From positions 64,001-128,000 of the IMG/VR virus record IMGVR_UViG_3300045972_000807: DNA of 64,000 nt. One strand, written 5' to 3'. The position numbers were made by a program, and so were the translations under genes. The notes beneath the pieces are model-generated. The model saw nothing but the letters and a program-made list of their open reading frames with translations, had not been told where the DNA came from and did no database searches. This DNA is from a virus. Position 1 is the stretch's first letter, and each line of letters opens with the position of its first letter. Below, piece by piece: positions 39,507-48,368 of the stretch.

Positions 39507-40049
39507 ATGTCACCAACTTCAGATGAACCAACCGACAACATAAAGCTCAGAAGAGAGCTAAACGATAAGCTACTGCTAAAGTGCTTCCCTTCTAAAGGCT
39601 TTGTGCAGTTCGAGGAAGTAAGAGGTAAGGTAGACTTTTTGAGTGAAAGGCACCTGCGCCTACGCCTGTACGAGTGCGCAGATAAAGGCTACCTTGTGCA
39701 GATAGCTAAGCGTGGCTTAGACAAAGAACACCCTTTGAAGAAGTTAAATGGCCTTTACCTTTACGAGATAACAGCACTTGGATTGGCCTACAGAGAAACA
39801 CAGACTGAGAAGCAGGTAAAACGTCGTAAGCTCAAGACCTCAAAAGTCTACAACCCTGAGACAGACGAGACGGACGACCCTTCTAAGCGAGGAACCTTCA
39901 TTGAGGAACTTAGCCCAGGAGTTAAACGGGTTACCAATATGTATATGATGGAATCCAAGACAAGAGTTCCTCGGGTTGACGCGCACGATGTCCGTGATCT
40001 TGTAAACAGCGTATTCGCCCTAGGCGAGGTAAAACACAGGAAAGCATGA
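39507..40049 (+). CDS. Putative winged-helix DNA-binding protein
   Basis: LSERHLRLRLYECADKGYLVQI...LYLYEITALG resembles a wHTH recognition helix plus wing. The protein is basic. Confidence 0.55.
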   Translation: MSPTSDEPTDNIKLRRELNDKLLLKCFPSKGFVQFEEVRGKVDFLSERHLRLRLYECADKGYLVQIAKRGLDKEHPLKKLNGLYLYEITALGLAYRETQTEKQVKRRKLKTSKVYNPETDETDDPSKRGTFIEELSPGVKRVTNMYMMESKTRVPRVDAHDVRDLVNSVFALGEVKHRKA

Positions 40050-40072
40050 GGGAAAGACACTTGGTTGGACTA

Positions 40073-40097
40073 CCTACGCTAGGTATGCTAGCGTAGG
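40073..40097. repeat. Perfect inverted repeat (10-bp stem, 5-nt loop)
   Basis: CCTACGCTAG-gtatg-CTAGCGTAGG. Confidence 0.85.
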
Positions 40098-40148
40098 CTA
40101 GAACAGGGGTAGATTGCGTTTCCTGATAACTAACCCACACGGGATAAA

Positions 40149-40178
40149 AACCCCTTAGAATAGACGTTCTAAGGGGTT
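40149..40178. terminator. 12-bp hairpin (terminator or origin cruciform)
   Basis: AACCCCTTAGAA-tagacg-TTCTAAGGGGTT, with an A tract on the left (U tract on the minus strand). Confidence 0.6.
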
Positions 40179-40208
40179 CTGTGCTTGTGGTTGGAAGTCA
40201 GGGCTATT

Positions 40209-40284
40209 AACATATAGCAAGTAAGCAAACATATAGCAAGTAAGCAAACATATAGCAAGTAAGCAAACATATAGCAAGTAAGCA
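40209..40284 (+). repeat. Four perfect tandem 19-bp repeats AACATATAGCAAGTAAGCA (iteron-like)
   Basis: Copies start at 40209, 40228, 40247 and 40266, with no spacers, in non-coding sequence. Confidence 0.95.
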
Positions 40285-40383
40285 GTAGTGTGTACGTTAA
40301 CTGTGGCAATAGTCTGTAGTAGCAATGGCATAGTGTGTACGTGTGCTACGCCAGGTAGCGTTTCTACTGTGTTTACCCACCCG

Positions 40384-40438
40384 TGTTATGAATAACAGAA
40401 AAAAGTCCTACTATTCATAACATCTACTATTCATAACA
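40384..40438. repeat. TATTCATAACA boxes: one inverted copy and two direct 15-bp copies (CTACTATTCATAACA)
   Basis: TGTTATGAATA at 40384; CTACTATTCATAACA at 40408 and 40424. Confidence 0.85.
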
Positions 40439-40482
40439 ATTTGAATCCGCAATGTTTTAATGAGAACTAGAAAGGGATTACG

Positions 40483-42081
40483 ATGATATACGATGATTGC
40501 AGCGCATCAGTTGAGACAGACAACACGGTACAGGTAACTACGACTGAGGTCGAGCGTGGAGTTAGACTAGATCCAAAAGAGTGGCACAAGAAAAAGGACA
40601 TGCTCCAAGAGCTGTGTGACCTAAACAAAGGTAAACTAAGCAAAGGGCCGTTCACGTTAGTTAAAAGGGAAAAGAACAGTGCCGCTAACAAGATAGTGTT
40701 CTGTTTCTTTACGCGTGACTTTGCGTCTCTTAACGTGGCACTGGTTAGGTATTCGGATGGCTCCTGTTTCCTTTGTACGCGAGGTTCGCCTACTAAAGTC
40801 CTTAGCGGGCAGAACATTGAGAGTGTAAAGGATCACGAAGCCGTTACTGAGACGCGTAAGAATCTAAAGTGTACAGCCTTTGAAGCTATGTCCGTTATAG
40901 GCTTCTACCTAGTGAATGAGTGCTGTGAGTTATCGCTGGGCAGGAGGTTCTTTACGGCGAAAGAGTGCAATAGGCTAGATAACCTGGACATTGGAATCTA
41001 TAGCCTTACGTTTGCCTCAGAGGTCCCTTTCGGAAAGACTATTGAGGAGCGCAACTTCAATCTTAACCTACTAGGCGAGCTTGTTACTAGCACCGTTAAG
41101 ATGCACGGTACGTCTTTCAGCCTATTAGACTACCTGAAGGTTACAGGCAAATCCTGGAACATAATAACTGAGGAGATCGCCGAACAAGTTAACGAGAGCG
41201 GCGAACAGTCGCTAGAGTCTTCTATCATTAGGGGTCCCAATACAGGGGTGTTACTGAAGAAGGTTCGAAGCAATGGTTTGCTGTTGGTTAAGCAGATGTA
41301 TTACCTCAAGGAAGAGCAAGCTGTTGCTATGGGCCCCAGCGGCCTAAAGAACTTGGAAGTAATTAAGGGTATGTCAGCCCAGGCTAGGTCAGAGAAGTCT
41401 TTGAAGATTCGCGTAGACAATACCTTCGGCAAAGAGTACATTCGAGAGTGGTTGGGTGTCCTTAATGCCAAGGACAGTAGCGAAGACATAACGATACGGG
41501 ATGCTAATCCCTTGTGCGATTCTTTAGAGTACCTTACCAGTATGGCCCTCTGTGCTACAAACGATTTAGGGTTAAGGACCCTAATGCTTGGCCCTACGAT
41601 AGCTGACATACGACAGATAGAAGCTAACGAGGACGGGTTCCTTAATTATGCTGAATTGGACATCCTTGGCAGGTGGCTACTTGAACCGACGGGCGTTAAA
41701 GAGGTGGGCAAGAAAGGCTTGAAGCTGGACTGGGTAAACATAACCGCTTCTGATATGGCAGCATGGAGGCTAAATCAAAAGCTAATGATGCGTAACTACC
41801 TTGACCTGCGCCTACCTTTTGGGTTCTATCAGTCGCTTAATGTGGCTAGAGCAGATCACTTTATCCAAGGTAAAGGCAGGCAGGCACTAGACGCTGCCCG
41901 TAACCGAGACACGGGCAAAGGATCTTTCTCAGAAGAACTTGAGATGCACTCAATTGAGAGCATACAGAAAGCCCGAGCCCTCATATCTCGCATACGTGGT
42001 TCGGTTTACCTCCCTGTGCCTAGATCAAAAGAGTCTTTTGTGGCAGAGATAGCCAACCACCCGATCTCTAAAAACCTATAG
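40483..42081 (+). CDS. Divergent replication initiator of the gpII/CRI (Rep_trans) type
   Basis: DFASLNV...RGSPTKVLSGQNI resembles the CRI SPxKxLxGxN motif. KQMYYLKEEQ resembles the YxK catalytic motif, and IRVDNTF resembles the RxE motif. The gene follows the iteron region. Confidence 0.5.
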   Translation: MIYDDCSASVETDNTVQVTTTEVERGVRLDPKEWHKKKDMLQELCDLNKGKLSKGPFTLVKREKNSAANKIVFCFFTRDFASLNVALVRYSDGSCFLCTRGSPTKVLSGQNIESVKDHEAVTETRKNLKCTAFEAMSVIGFYLVNECCELSLGRRFFTAKECNRLDNLDIGIYSLTFASEVPFGKTIEERNFNLNLLGELVTSTVKMHGTSFSLLDYLKVTGKSWNIITEEIAEQVNESGEQSLESSIIRGPNTGVLLKKVRSNGLLLVKQMYYLKEEQAVAMGPSGLKNLEVIKGMSAQARSEKSLKIRVDNTFGKEYIREWLGVLNAKDSSEDITIRDANPLCDSLEYLTSMALCATNDLGLRTLMLGPTIADIRQIEANEDGFLNYAELDILGRWLLEPTGVKEVGKKGLKLDWVNITASDMAAWRLNQKLMMRNYLDLRLPFGFYQSLNVARADHFIQGKGRQALDAARNRDTGKGSFSEELEMHSIESIQKARALISRIRGSVYLPVPRSKESFVAEIANHPISKNL

Positions 42082-42097
42082 TCTAAAAGGAAAAATA

Positions 42098-42388
42098 ATG
42101 AACAAAAAACAAGTAATAACGCTTTCAGAAGAGCTATCTGCAGCTATGGACTCTATGGCAAACGTGCTTGCCAAGATAGAGATTGCGGCAGAAAAGAAGG
42201 AGATTTACTCTCCCGATCTTGAATCTCATATAAAAGAGATAATAGACGTTCGCACAAACTTAGCCAAGTACAGGTTGACCGAGCCCAAAGAAGATCAATC
42301 CTTCGAGGGCGAGATGGAAATACTTGTAGGTGAAACTTGGCACACGGATAAGGTTGGTGCGTATCTACAAAAGTTAGAAACAAAATGA
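42098..42388 (+). CDS. Hypothetical protein
   Basis: AAGGA RBS; operon-like packing. Confidence 0.7.
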   Translation: MNKKQVITLSEELSAAMDSMANVLAKIEIAAEKKEIYSPDLESHIKEIIDVRTNLAKYRLTEPKEDQSFEGEMEILVGETWHTDKVGAYLQKLETK

Positions 42389-42756
42389 TTACTACTCTCA
42401 AAATCAAAAAGGCTTTTGACCTTATAGACGCATACGCCCTAACTGCGGTAGCGTTGAAGGGTCAAGAAAATACAATCTATCATCAGCAGGAGCCTTTAGA
42501 GAAAGCACACGCTGAAGCCCAGGCGAGCATGGAAGCCTACCTGGGTTCGTTTGTTGTTCCCACGGGTCGGCGTAAGAGCGCCTACGTGTGCAACGGCTGC
42601 GGTGGCTTATACTGGGATAACAACATAAATTGCGACTGCAATATCCCCTACATGAATGAGCACAAAATGACCCGGGTTACGGTTGTGGCACAAAAACCTT
42701 TTAATGCTTTTGTGAAAAAGGTTAACCAAGATAAAAAGAAAGCGAAAAAGAAATGA
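42385..42756 (+). CDS. Hypothetical protein with YVCxxC...CDC Zn-finger-like motif
   Basis: YVCNGCGGLYWDNNINCDC; ATGA overlaps at both ends. Confidence 0.7.
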   Translation: MITTLKIKKAFDLIDAYALTAVALKGQENTIYHQQEPLEKAHAEAQASMEAYLGSFVVPTGRRKSAYVCNGCGGLYWDNNINCDCNIPYMNEHKMTRVTVVAQKPFNAFVKKVNQDKKKAKKK

Positions 42757-43286
42757 CTGACTCTGACAAAGAACTGGGTGAATTCCACAAGGTAATCTTC
42801 TTGGACATTGAGGGTGTTATCGTAACCCACAAGAGCATTCTCTACAACCACACCCCTGATAGGCCCTATAGAGGCGCCCGTACGCCAGTGTGGAACTCCT
42901 ACATTGACCAACTCTGCCTTGGTTTGGTCTACAAACTTGCCATGGACTTTGCCGCACAAATCGTGGTGACCAGTACGCTGCGTAACGACAAGTATTGCCA
43001 CACTGGGCTCCTAGCCAGTTCTCCTCCGTGGCTTGGGGACAACGCGGGTGACTACCTTAGTACCCAGGTAACAGAGCACCGAGGTAGCCGCGAAGAAGAG
43101 ATAGCTCTGTTTGTAGAAAAATTCAAGGTAACCCAGTACGTGGTTTTCGATGACCGTGATCTGGAGTGCCCTAATTTTATCCGTGTAGACCAATACGACG
43201 GCCTCTCACTGCACAACTACAACAAAGCCAAGCAGTTTTTGGCCGACGAAGGCGCCGAGATAAAGTACGAAGGTATTTACCTGTGA
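42753..43286 (+). CDS. HAD-superfamily phosphatase (Swiss-army-knife RNA-repair type)
   Basis: KVIFLDIEGVI (motif I, DxE variant), IVVTSTLR, REEEI, YVVFDD. Confidence 0.8.
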   Translation: MTDSDKELGEFHKVIFLDIEGVIVTHKSILYNHTPDRPYRGARTPVWNSYIDQLCLGLVYKLAMDFAAQIVVTSTLRNDKYCHTGLLASSPPWLGDNAGDYLSTQVTEHRGSREEEIALFVEKFKVTQYVVFDDRDLECPNFIRVDQYDGLSLHNYNKAKQFLADEGAEIKYEGIYL

Positions 43287-43522
43287 ATTTTATGCGCCCT
43301 AAAAGTCTAAACAGAATGAATATCTTTAGGGCGGTCCGAGAAGGCACAAAGTCTGGTCTTCTCTTGGACTCACAGTTCGTGAGCGTTTACGTCTGCTGTA
43401 AATGCCAAACTATCTACCGCATGAATAACATAATCTGCGACTGCTACGGCCCGGGTGAAGTAAACCTTCCCGCGCCTAGCAAGCGTTTCAACCAAGCAAC
43501 TTTGGTACTACACAATGAATAA
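43283..43522 (+). CDS. Small Zn-finger-like protein, paralog of 42385-42756
   Basis: YVCCKCQTIYRMNNIICDC. Confidence 0.65.
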   Translation: MNFMRPKSLNRMNIFRAVREGTKSGLLLDSQFVSVYVCCKCQTIYRMNNIICDCYGPGEVNLPAPSKRFNQATLVLHNE

Positions 43523-44150
43523 TCCTAAACTGGCTTACGTCATCGACGGTAAGACTGTCTACCTTACAGATAATATTACAGGTTCCGATGTGGGTTTCAT
43601 AGGCCCAAACGGAAGCAGTAACAGCACGTTGACCCTCGGCCTTGTCTCCCGAGATAAGATAGAGCCCTTAGTGCCCCCAAAGGTAATCCCAGAACCACCC
43701 CTTACGCTTGACCAGCAGGTAGCCCGTGCCCAGTCTATTGTAAGGGTTATTATCGAGGCGCAGTACGAGTGGGATAAAATCCAGATTGCCAAAGGCTTTG
43801 CCGAGGCCCGCAACAAGCTGTTACGCATTCCCTTATACCGGGATGCCCTGTGGGAAGCACCTCGTTTTAGGGGTAACCTTAAGAGTCTCTTGGACGAAAT
43901 ACGCTCTCCGGTATCCTCAGCTAGGGGAGCTACGATAAGTGCCGTTGTGGGTGGTACCGGCGGAGGCGGTGGTGGTGCCGCACAAAAGCTACCAATGGGC
44001 CAACTTCCCACAAAGTACATGCGCCGAAGTGCGACACAAGCGGAGAGGCCTGAGCTTACACCTACTCAAGTTTGGGAACTGTCAGTGGACAATCCTAACT
44101 CTTCGGTATCAAAATTCCTCAGAGTGTTCGGTAAACATCATGGCACTTGA
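43515..44150 (+). CDS. Hypothetical protein
   Basis: 211-aa ORF overlapping both neighbours. Confidence 0.6.
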   Translation: MNNPKLAYVIDGKTVYLTDNITGSDVGFIGPNGSSNSTLTLGLVSRDKIEPLVPPKVIPEPPLTLDQQVARAQSIVRVIIEAQYEWDKIQIAKGFAEARNKLLRIPLYRDALWEAPRFRGNLKSLLDEIRSPVSSARGATISAVVGGTGGGGGGAAQKLPMGQLPTKYMRRSATQAERPELTPTQVWELSVDNPNSSVSKFLRVFGKHHGT

Positions 44151-45831
44151 TCTAGATGACGTAGTACCTCCGGTTAACAAGGCAAAGAAGAAACCGGAGG
44201 GAGTCTCATTTAACTTTGATTTGCCTGCAGCACCAACAGCAGCTTCTATAATCGCAGGTACCAATACGCAAGGTCTGCCCAAGATCATTCAGGCTCTCTA
44301 CTCAGGCACATCTGTAAACCCCTTGCCCAAGAAGCTTACCGAGGATGCTTGGGCTGACCTAATAGACGCCTTTAGTCACCCTAAGGAAAACCTTAGTGTC
44401 ATTCAGAAAGTTCTGAGTGCTAACCTTACCAAGGGTCAAAGAGCCGCGTTTAACTACATGGCTGACTTTGTGCTGGACAGAAGCCCCAACAGGTTCTTTA
44501 GTCTTCAAGGTTACGCGGGTACAGGTAAGAGCTACATCGTACGCAGGTTAGTTATGTTCTGCGACTTGGTAGGCGTTGAATGGCTATTGACTGCCCCGAC
44601 CAATAAAGCCACAAAAGTCCTAACCTCGTCTATTCCTGGGATAGATAAAGGCAAGTGCAAGACGATCTACTCAGCACTCAAGCTGACAATGAGCACGGAC
44701 GAGGATCAACAGGTCCTCGTAGACATGGCTCAGGACAACTACTCCTCTCTGGACATTCGCAGCGGTTCACTGCTGTGTATTGACGAGGCCAGCATGCTTA
44801 ACGGCATGGTAACCCAGAAGGTTAAGCAGTGTGCACAAGACTTGAACCTACGCGTTCTTTTGATTGGTGACCCCGACCAGTTGAGGCCTGTCGGCGAGGC
44901 TAGAAGTTCAGCGTGGGACCTCTCAATTGTCGAGACACGCATCGACAATGCCCAACAGAACCTTGTTAGGCACGTTAAGCTCCTTGAGGTTAAGCGTTTT
45001 GAGAACGAGCTACTAGACTTAAGCGTCCGTATTCGTGCTTGTATCCGGAAAGGCAAACTTCCTCCAGGTGGGCCATCTGACTTGTTCCTGCATGTACCTG
45101 AAGAGGTCGAGGTATTCAAAGACAAAGCCACATTTGAGGCGCACATCCTACAATTGAAGACCCCTGAGGACTTCAAGGACGTTAAGGTAATTGCTTGGCG
45201 AAACCGAACGGTAGAACACTACAACGATATAATCCGTAAGAACATTGGGTTCAACGATGAGTATAACGTGGGTGACCTTCTTATGCTTGCCCAGCCTAAG
45301 CTCCAGAAGGTTAACTACCGAAGGAGCGTAATCATTGCCAACATCGACGAAGAGGTTGTGGTGCAGGTAGTGGCACAAAAGAGCATGAAGCCTCAGTCCA
45401 TGTTCTTCCCCAACCTGCCTATGATCGACTATTGGGAACTGACTACACAGACAACGGACTTTCAAGACAAGCCTACCCAGATAGTTGTCAACATGCCTCT
45501 ATTGGAAGATCATGGCCTTGAAGATGCTTTACAGCAAATGGCTACAGCGGCCAAGCGGGTTAAGCAGCAGAGCTTCAGCGACAAGGCCAACTCAAGGCGC
45601 TTAAGGGAAGAAGCGTCTCAACGGTGGAAAGAGTATTGGTCTCTCCGTGAGGAGTTTACGCTAGTACGGTTCGCCTATGCTTTCACGGCGCACAGGGCGC
45701 AAGGTAGCAGTATCAACAAGGTTTACGTTGACGTTAGAGACATCTTGGCTAACCCTGACCCAGACGAAAAGTTGGAATGCCTTTACGTTGCGGATACCCG
45801 GGCAAGAACCACTATGAGGGTGCTGATATGA
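44140..45831 (+). CDS. dda: Dda/RecD-like SF1B DNA helicase (563 aa)
   Basis: Walker A GYAGTGKS, APTNKA, Walker B IDEASM, IGDPDQLRPV, YAFTAHRAQGS, LYVADTRA. The start is moved to MALDLDD. Confidence 0.9.
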   Translation: MALDLDDVVPPVNKAKKKPEGVSFNFDLPAAPTAASIIAGTNTQGLPKIIQALYSGTSVNPLPKKLTEDAWADLIDAFSHPKENLSVIQKVLSANLTKGQRAAFNYMADFVLDRSPNRFFSLQGYAGTGKSYIVRRLVMFCDLVGVEWLLTAPTNKATKVLTSSIPGIDKGKCKTIYSALKLTMSTDEDQQVLVDMAQDNYSSLDIRSGSLLCIDEASMLNGMVTQKVKQCAQDLNLRVLLIGDPDQLRPVGEARSSAWDLSIVETRIDNAQQNLVRHVKLLEVKRFENELLDLSVRIRACIRKGKLPPGGPSDLFLHVPEEVEVFKDKATFEAHILQLKTPEDFKDVKVIAWRNRTVEHYNDIIRKNIGFNDEYNVGDLLMLAQPKLQKVNYRRSVIIANIDEEVVVQVVAQKSMKPQSMFFPNLPMIDYWELTTQTTDFQDKPTQIVVNMPLLEDHGLEDALQQMATAAKRVKQQSFSDKANSRRLREEASQRWKEYWSLREEFTLVRFAYAFTAHRAQGSSINKVYVDVRDILANPDPDEKLECLYVADTRARTTMRVLI

Positions 45832-46103
45832 TGTTCGCAAACCCAATGCAAGCGGCCTATGAAAATATGGGCTGCAAGATCATCGTAACCCAAGATCAAC
45901 CAAAAATGGTTCTGTCGGATGACTGTCCGGTTACACCAGAGTTCAGAGCGGAGATAAACTTATGGATGCTTGGGTTCTTTGGTATGTCTAATCTCATAGA
46001 AGACGGTCAGGCAAAGAAGGTCGGGAATACTCTTATGATGAATCCTCGAACATACCTAGCGTTTAAAGAGTCGGTTAAAGCCAGGCTACCAAAGCATTAC
46101 TAG
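45828..46103 (+). CDS. Hypothetical phage protein
   Basis: ATGA overlap with the helicase stop. Confidence 0.65.
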   Translation: MMFANPMQAAYENMGCKIIVTQDQPKMVLSDDCPVTPEFRAEINLWMLGFFGMSNLIEDGQAKKVGNTLMMNPRTYLAFKESVKARLPKHY

Positions 46104-46112
46104 GAAACGGCC

Positions 46113-46340
46113 ATGATGAAACCAAGCATGCTAATGAACATGACCGACTCTGAGCTACTGGTGGAGCTCGACAACATCAAGCACAAGAGTCCAGTGATCT
46201 TTGAACTGTACCTGCGATTAAAGAGTTTTGAGGAACACTTTGACAATGGTGAAGAGGTTGATTTAACTCCTAAACCAAAAAAGATACGGCACACGCAATG
46301 TCCTGTGTGCTTGGCGCATATCGAAATGGAGGAGCAATAA
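46113..46340 (+). CDS. Hypothetical protein (C-terminal CPVC)
   Basis: AGGA RBS; 75 aa. Confidence 0.6.
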   Translation: MMKPSMLMNMTDSELLVELDNIKHKSPVIFELYLRLKSFEEHFDNGEEVDLTPKPKKIRHTQCPVCLAHIEMEEQ

Positions 46341-46341
46341 A

Positions 46342-46485
46342 ATGCTAGTTGAGATACTTTCACATCGGCCTTGGTGGGCTCCCTACGCTGTTATGGTCTC
46401 AGGATTTGTCTACCTGTTCTGCGTCGTACACCTAGTAATTGACTACTGTAAGGACAGAAAGGAACAAGCAGATGGCCAATCCTAA
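46342..46485 (+). CDS. Small membrane protein (47 aa, below the ORF-track cut-off)
   Basis: GGAGGAG RBS; MLVEILSHRPWWAPYAVMVSGFVYLFCVVHLVIDY has one hydrophobic segment. Confidence 0.55.
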   Translation: MLVEILSHRPWWAPYAVMVSGFVYLFCVVHLVIDYCKDRKEQADGQS

Positions 46486-46693
46486 ATGGATACACGTTAC
46501 TGAAGATAACCTTCACATCATAGCTAGTAGATGCGACTTCACCTACCCTCACAGTACCGAGGACTCGGCTGGCAAAAAGGATGAAAAGCGGTCTGAAGCT
46601 ATCGGACACCGTGACGGCGACATCGTGATTACTAGCAAGATGGGTTGGCTTGACATGGCTGACTTCCGAGTTATGCTGGATTGGAAAGACTAG
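46472..46693 (+). CDS. Hypothetical protein
   Basis: AAGGA RBS before MANPKWIHV. Confidence 0.6.
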   Translation: MANPKWIHVTEDNLHIIASRCDFTYPHSTEDSAGKKDEKRSEAIGHRDGDIVITSKMGWLDMADFRVMLDWKD

Positions 46694-46696
46694 AAC

Positions 46697-46834
46697 ATGC
46701 TTGAATTTATTCTAACTTTACCTGCCTGGGCTTTCGGTGTAAGTATCTCAGTCGTATCCTTTTGGGTTCTCTCAATTGGGATCCTTATCTACAGTGTGCT
46801 AACGGCACCCGATGCGCCCAACGATCAGGAATGA
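46697..46834 (+). CDS. Small membrane protein (45 aa)
   Basis: MLEFILTLPAWAFGVSISVVSFWVLSIGILIYSVL fills the gap between neighbouring genes. Confidence 0.55.
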   Translation: MLEFILTLPAWAFGVSISVVSFWVLSIGILIYSVLTAPDAPNDQE

Positions 46835-46840
46835 CCTTGT

Positions 46841-47317
46841 ATGCCTAACTTAGCCAGCCGAATAAAGGGTCCAGTAGACTGGGCATTTGGTTTAGTTCCT
46901 GCTGAAGGATATCCCAGCGACATACTAAAAGACAATACTATCTTTAGGTGCTGTAACTGCTGCGGAGAGATTCAAAAAAAGACAGTTTGGTTCTCCTACA
47001 GTGGAGTCCGTAAAGACTACTCGCACACCTGCAGAAGTTGCTGTAGTTTTATATCTCTGCTTAGCCACGAGATGGCTAAAGACGAGGAGGTTAGACCAAA
47101 GCGAATCCGAGGGCCCAACAAACTCAAACCTGCTGAAACCTTATGGGAAGCATGGAACACCACTTGGTGCCTATACAAGAAAAGAAAACTTAAAGAGGAC
47201 AACCTAACATGGCTGAAAACACAGAGCAGAAAAAAGAACCTGTCGATGCAGCAGAACGCTACGCCAAGCTTGCCGCAGACAATCGGTACCTCACCTTCCT
47301 GCTCAAATGCTACGTAG
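46841..47317 (+). CDS. Cys-rich hypothetical protein (CxxC...CxxC)
   Basis: CCNCC and CRSCC motifs. Confidence 0.5.
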   Translation: MPNLASRIKGPVDWAFGLVPAEGYPSDILKDNTIFRCCNCCGEIQKKTVWFSYSGVRKDYSHTCRSCCSFISLLSHEMAKDEEVRPKRIRGPNKLKPAETLWEAWNTTWCLYKKRKLKEDNLTWLKTQSRKKNLSMQQNATPSLPQTIGTSPSCSNAT

Positions 47318-47508
47318 AGCATCATACGGGCGAAATAAAACTTAACAACGATCTTTTGGGGAGCTTAACGATTAATGCTAAGCACATGGTTGATCTAGGC
47401 AAACCAAAAAGCCCTGAATGCCGCCATCAAAAGACTAAGTGGAATATTCAGTTTACATCGGGTACATGCCAAGACTGCGGTAAACATCTTGAAGCCTCTG
47501 ATTACTAG
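47209..47508 (+). CDS. Hypothetical protein with C-terminal Zn ribbon
   Basis: GAGGA RBS; CRH...CQDCG. Confidence 0.6.
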   Translation: MAENTEQKKEPVDAAERYAKLAADNRYLTFLLKCYVEHHTGEIKLNNDLLGSLTINAKHMVDLGKPKSPECRHQKTKWNIQFTSGTCQDCGKHLEASDY

Positions 47509-47571
47509 GGCCTAACCGTAGATAGCAAACAATTTGAATGTTGCTATTCACCCACCAACCTTAGGAATTTT

Positions 47572-47940
47572 ATGACACAGCAAGGCATTAAGCTAGGAAA
47601 CAAGTCCATTGAGACTTACGCCAGTAAGCACGGCGCGGTAGACCAAAATGGCAAGGTTGTGTTTCCCAGCTGGGAAAACCTACGTTCGCTTTACAAAAAT
47701 CTGGTAACAGACATCGTTAACGATTTCGTCGCTATGTCTGACCAGCAAGACGAGGCAGCCGATCCCAGTGTCGTAACTGACATCGAACCCAAGCCTTCTA
47801 CGCCTAGCGACCAATACTACGGCCCTGCAATGGACGCAGCTATCGGTATCCTTCACTCGCAGGGATACGAATACCAGATGACCGAAAATGGTCTGGCTTG
47901 GGTTGTTACGACGCCCAAAGAAAACACCTTGGTGCAATAG
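47572..47940 (+). CDS. Hypothetical protein
   Basis: AGGA RBS and an upstream CAATTTGAAT motif. Confidence 0.65.
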   Translation: MTQQGIKLGNKSIETYASKHGAVDQNGKVVFPSWENLRSLYKNLVTDIVNDFVAMSDQQDEAADPSVVTDIEPKPSTPSDQYYGPAMDAAIGILHSQGYEYQMTENGLAWVVTTPKENTLVQ

Positions 47941-48164
47941 TGCTTACTGAGCAAGACTCAGATGACTTAGAGGAACCTCGCATAGATTGGCAAGGCGCTC
48001 TAGGTCCAACGTTGATATTCAGCAAAGGTCGTAGGCAAGTGCTTAGTCGAGCAGAACAGTTACATATAAAGCTGGGACTAATCGACATTGGGACGCTCGA
48101 GGCAAAGTACCGCATGTCTTTATTTGAGCGCGCTAAACTTTTTAATAAGGGTAGTTAACCTATT

Positions 48165-48350
48165 ATGACTGAAGATTTCCGTAATAGCAAGAAATTTGTT
48201 AAATGGGAAGAGTTGCAGGAAGAATACGCCAAGCGACAGGAAAGCAAAGAAGCCTTAAGGAAAAAAGCTATTACCTACATATCGGCGGTATTAGTTTCTA
48301 CCCTTGTCGCCTTGACCGCAGTTCTTATCTACAACTACACCCTACACTAA
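48165..48350 (+). CDS. Small tail-anchored membrane protein
   Basis: Charged N-terminus and a C-terminal hydrophobic helix. Confidence 0.6.
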   Translation: MTEDFRNSKKFVKWEELQEEYAKRQESKEALRKKAITYISAVLVSTLVALTAVLIYNYTLH

Positions 48351-48368
48351 CACAACATAGGAACATAA

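Noticed and set aside
40209-40284. CRISPR array or mini-array
   Set aside because: The 19-bp repeats are directly adjacent with no spacers, and no cas genes are present.
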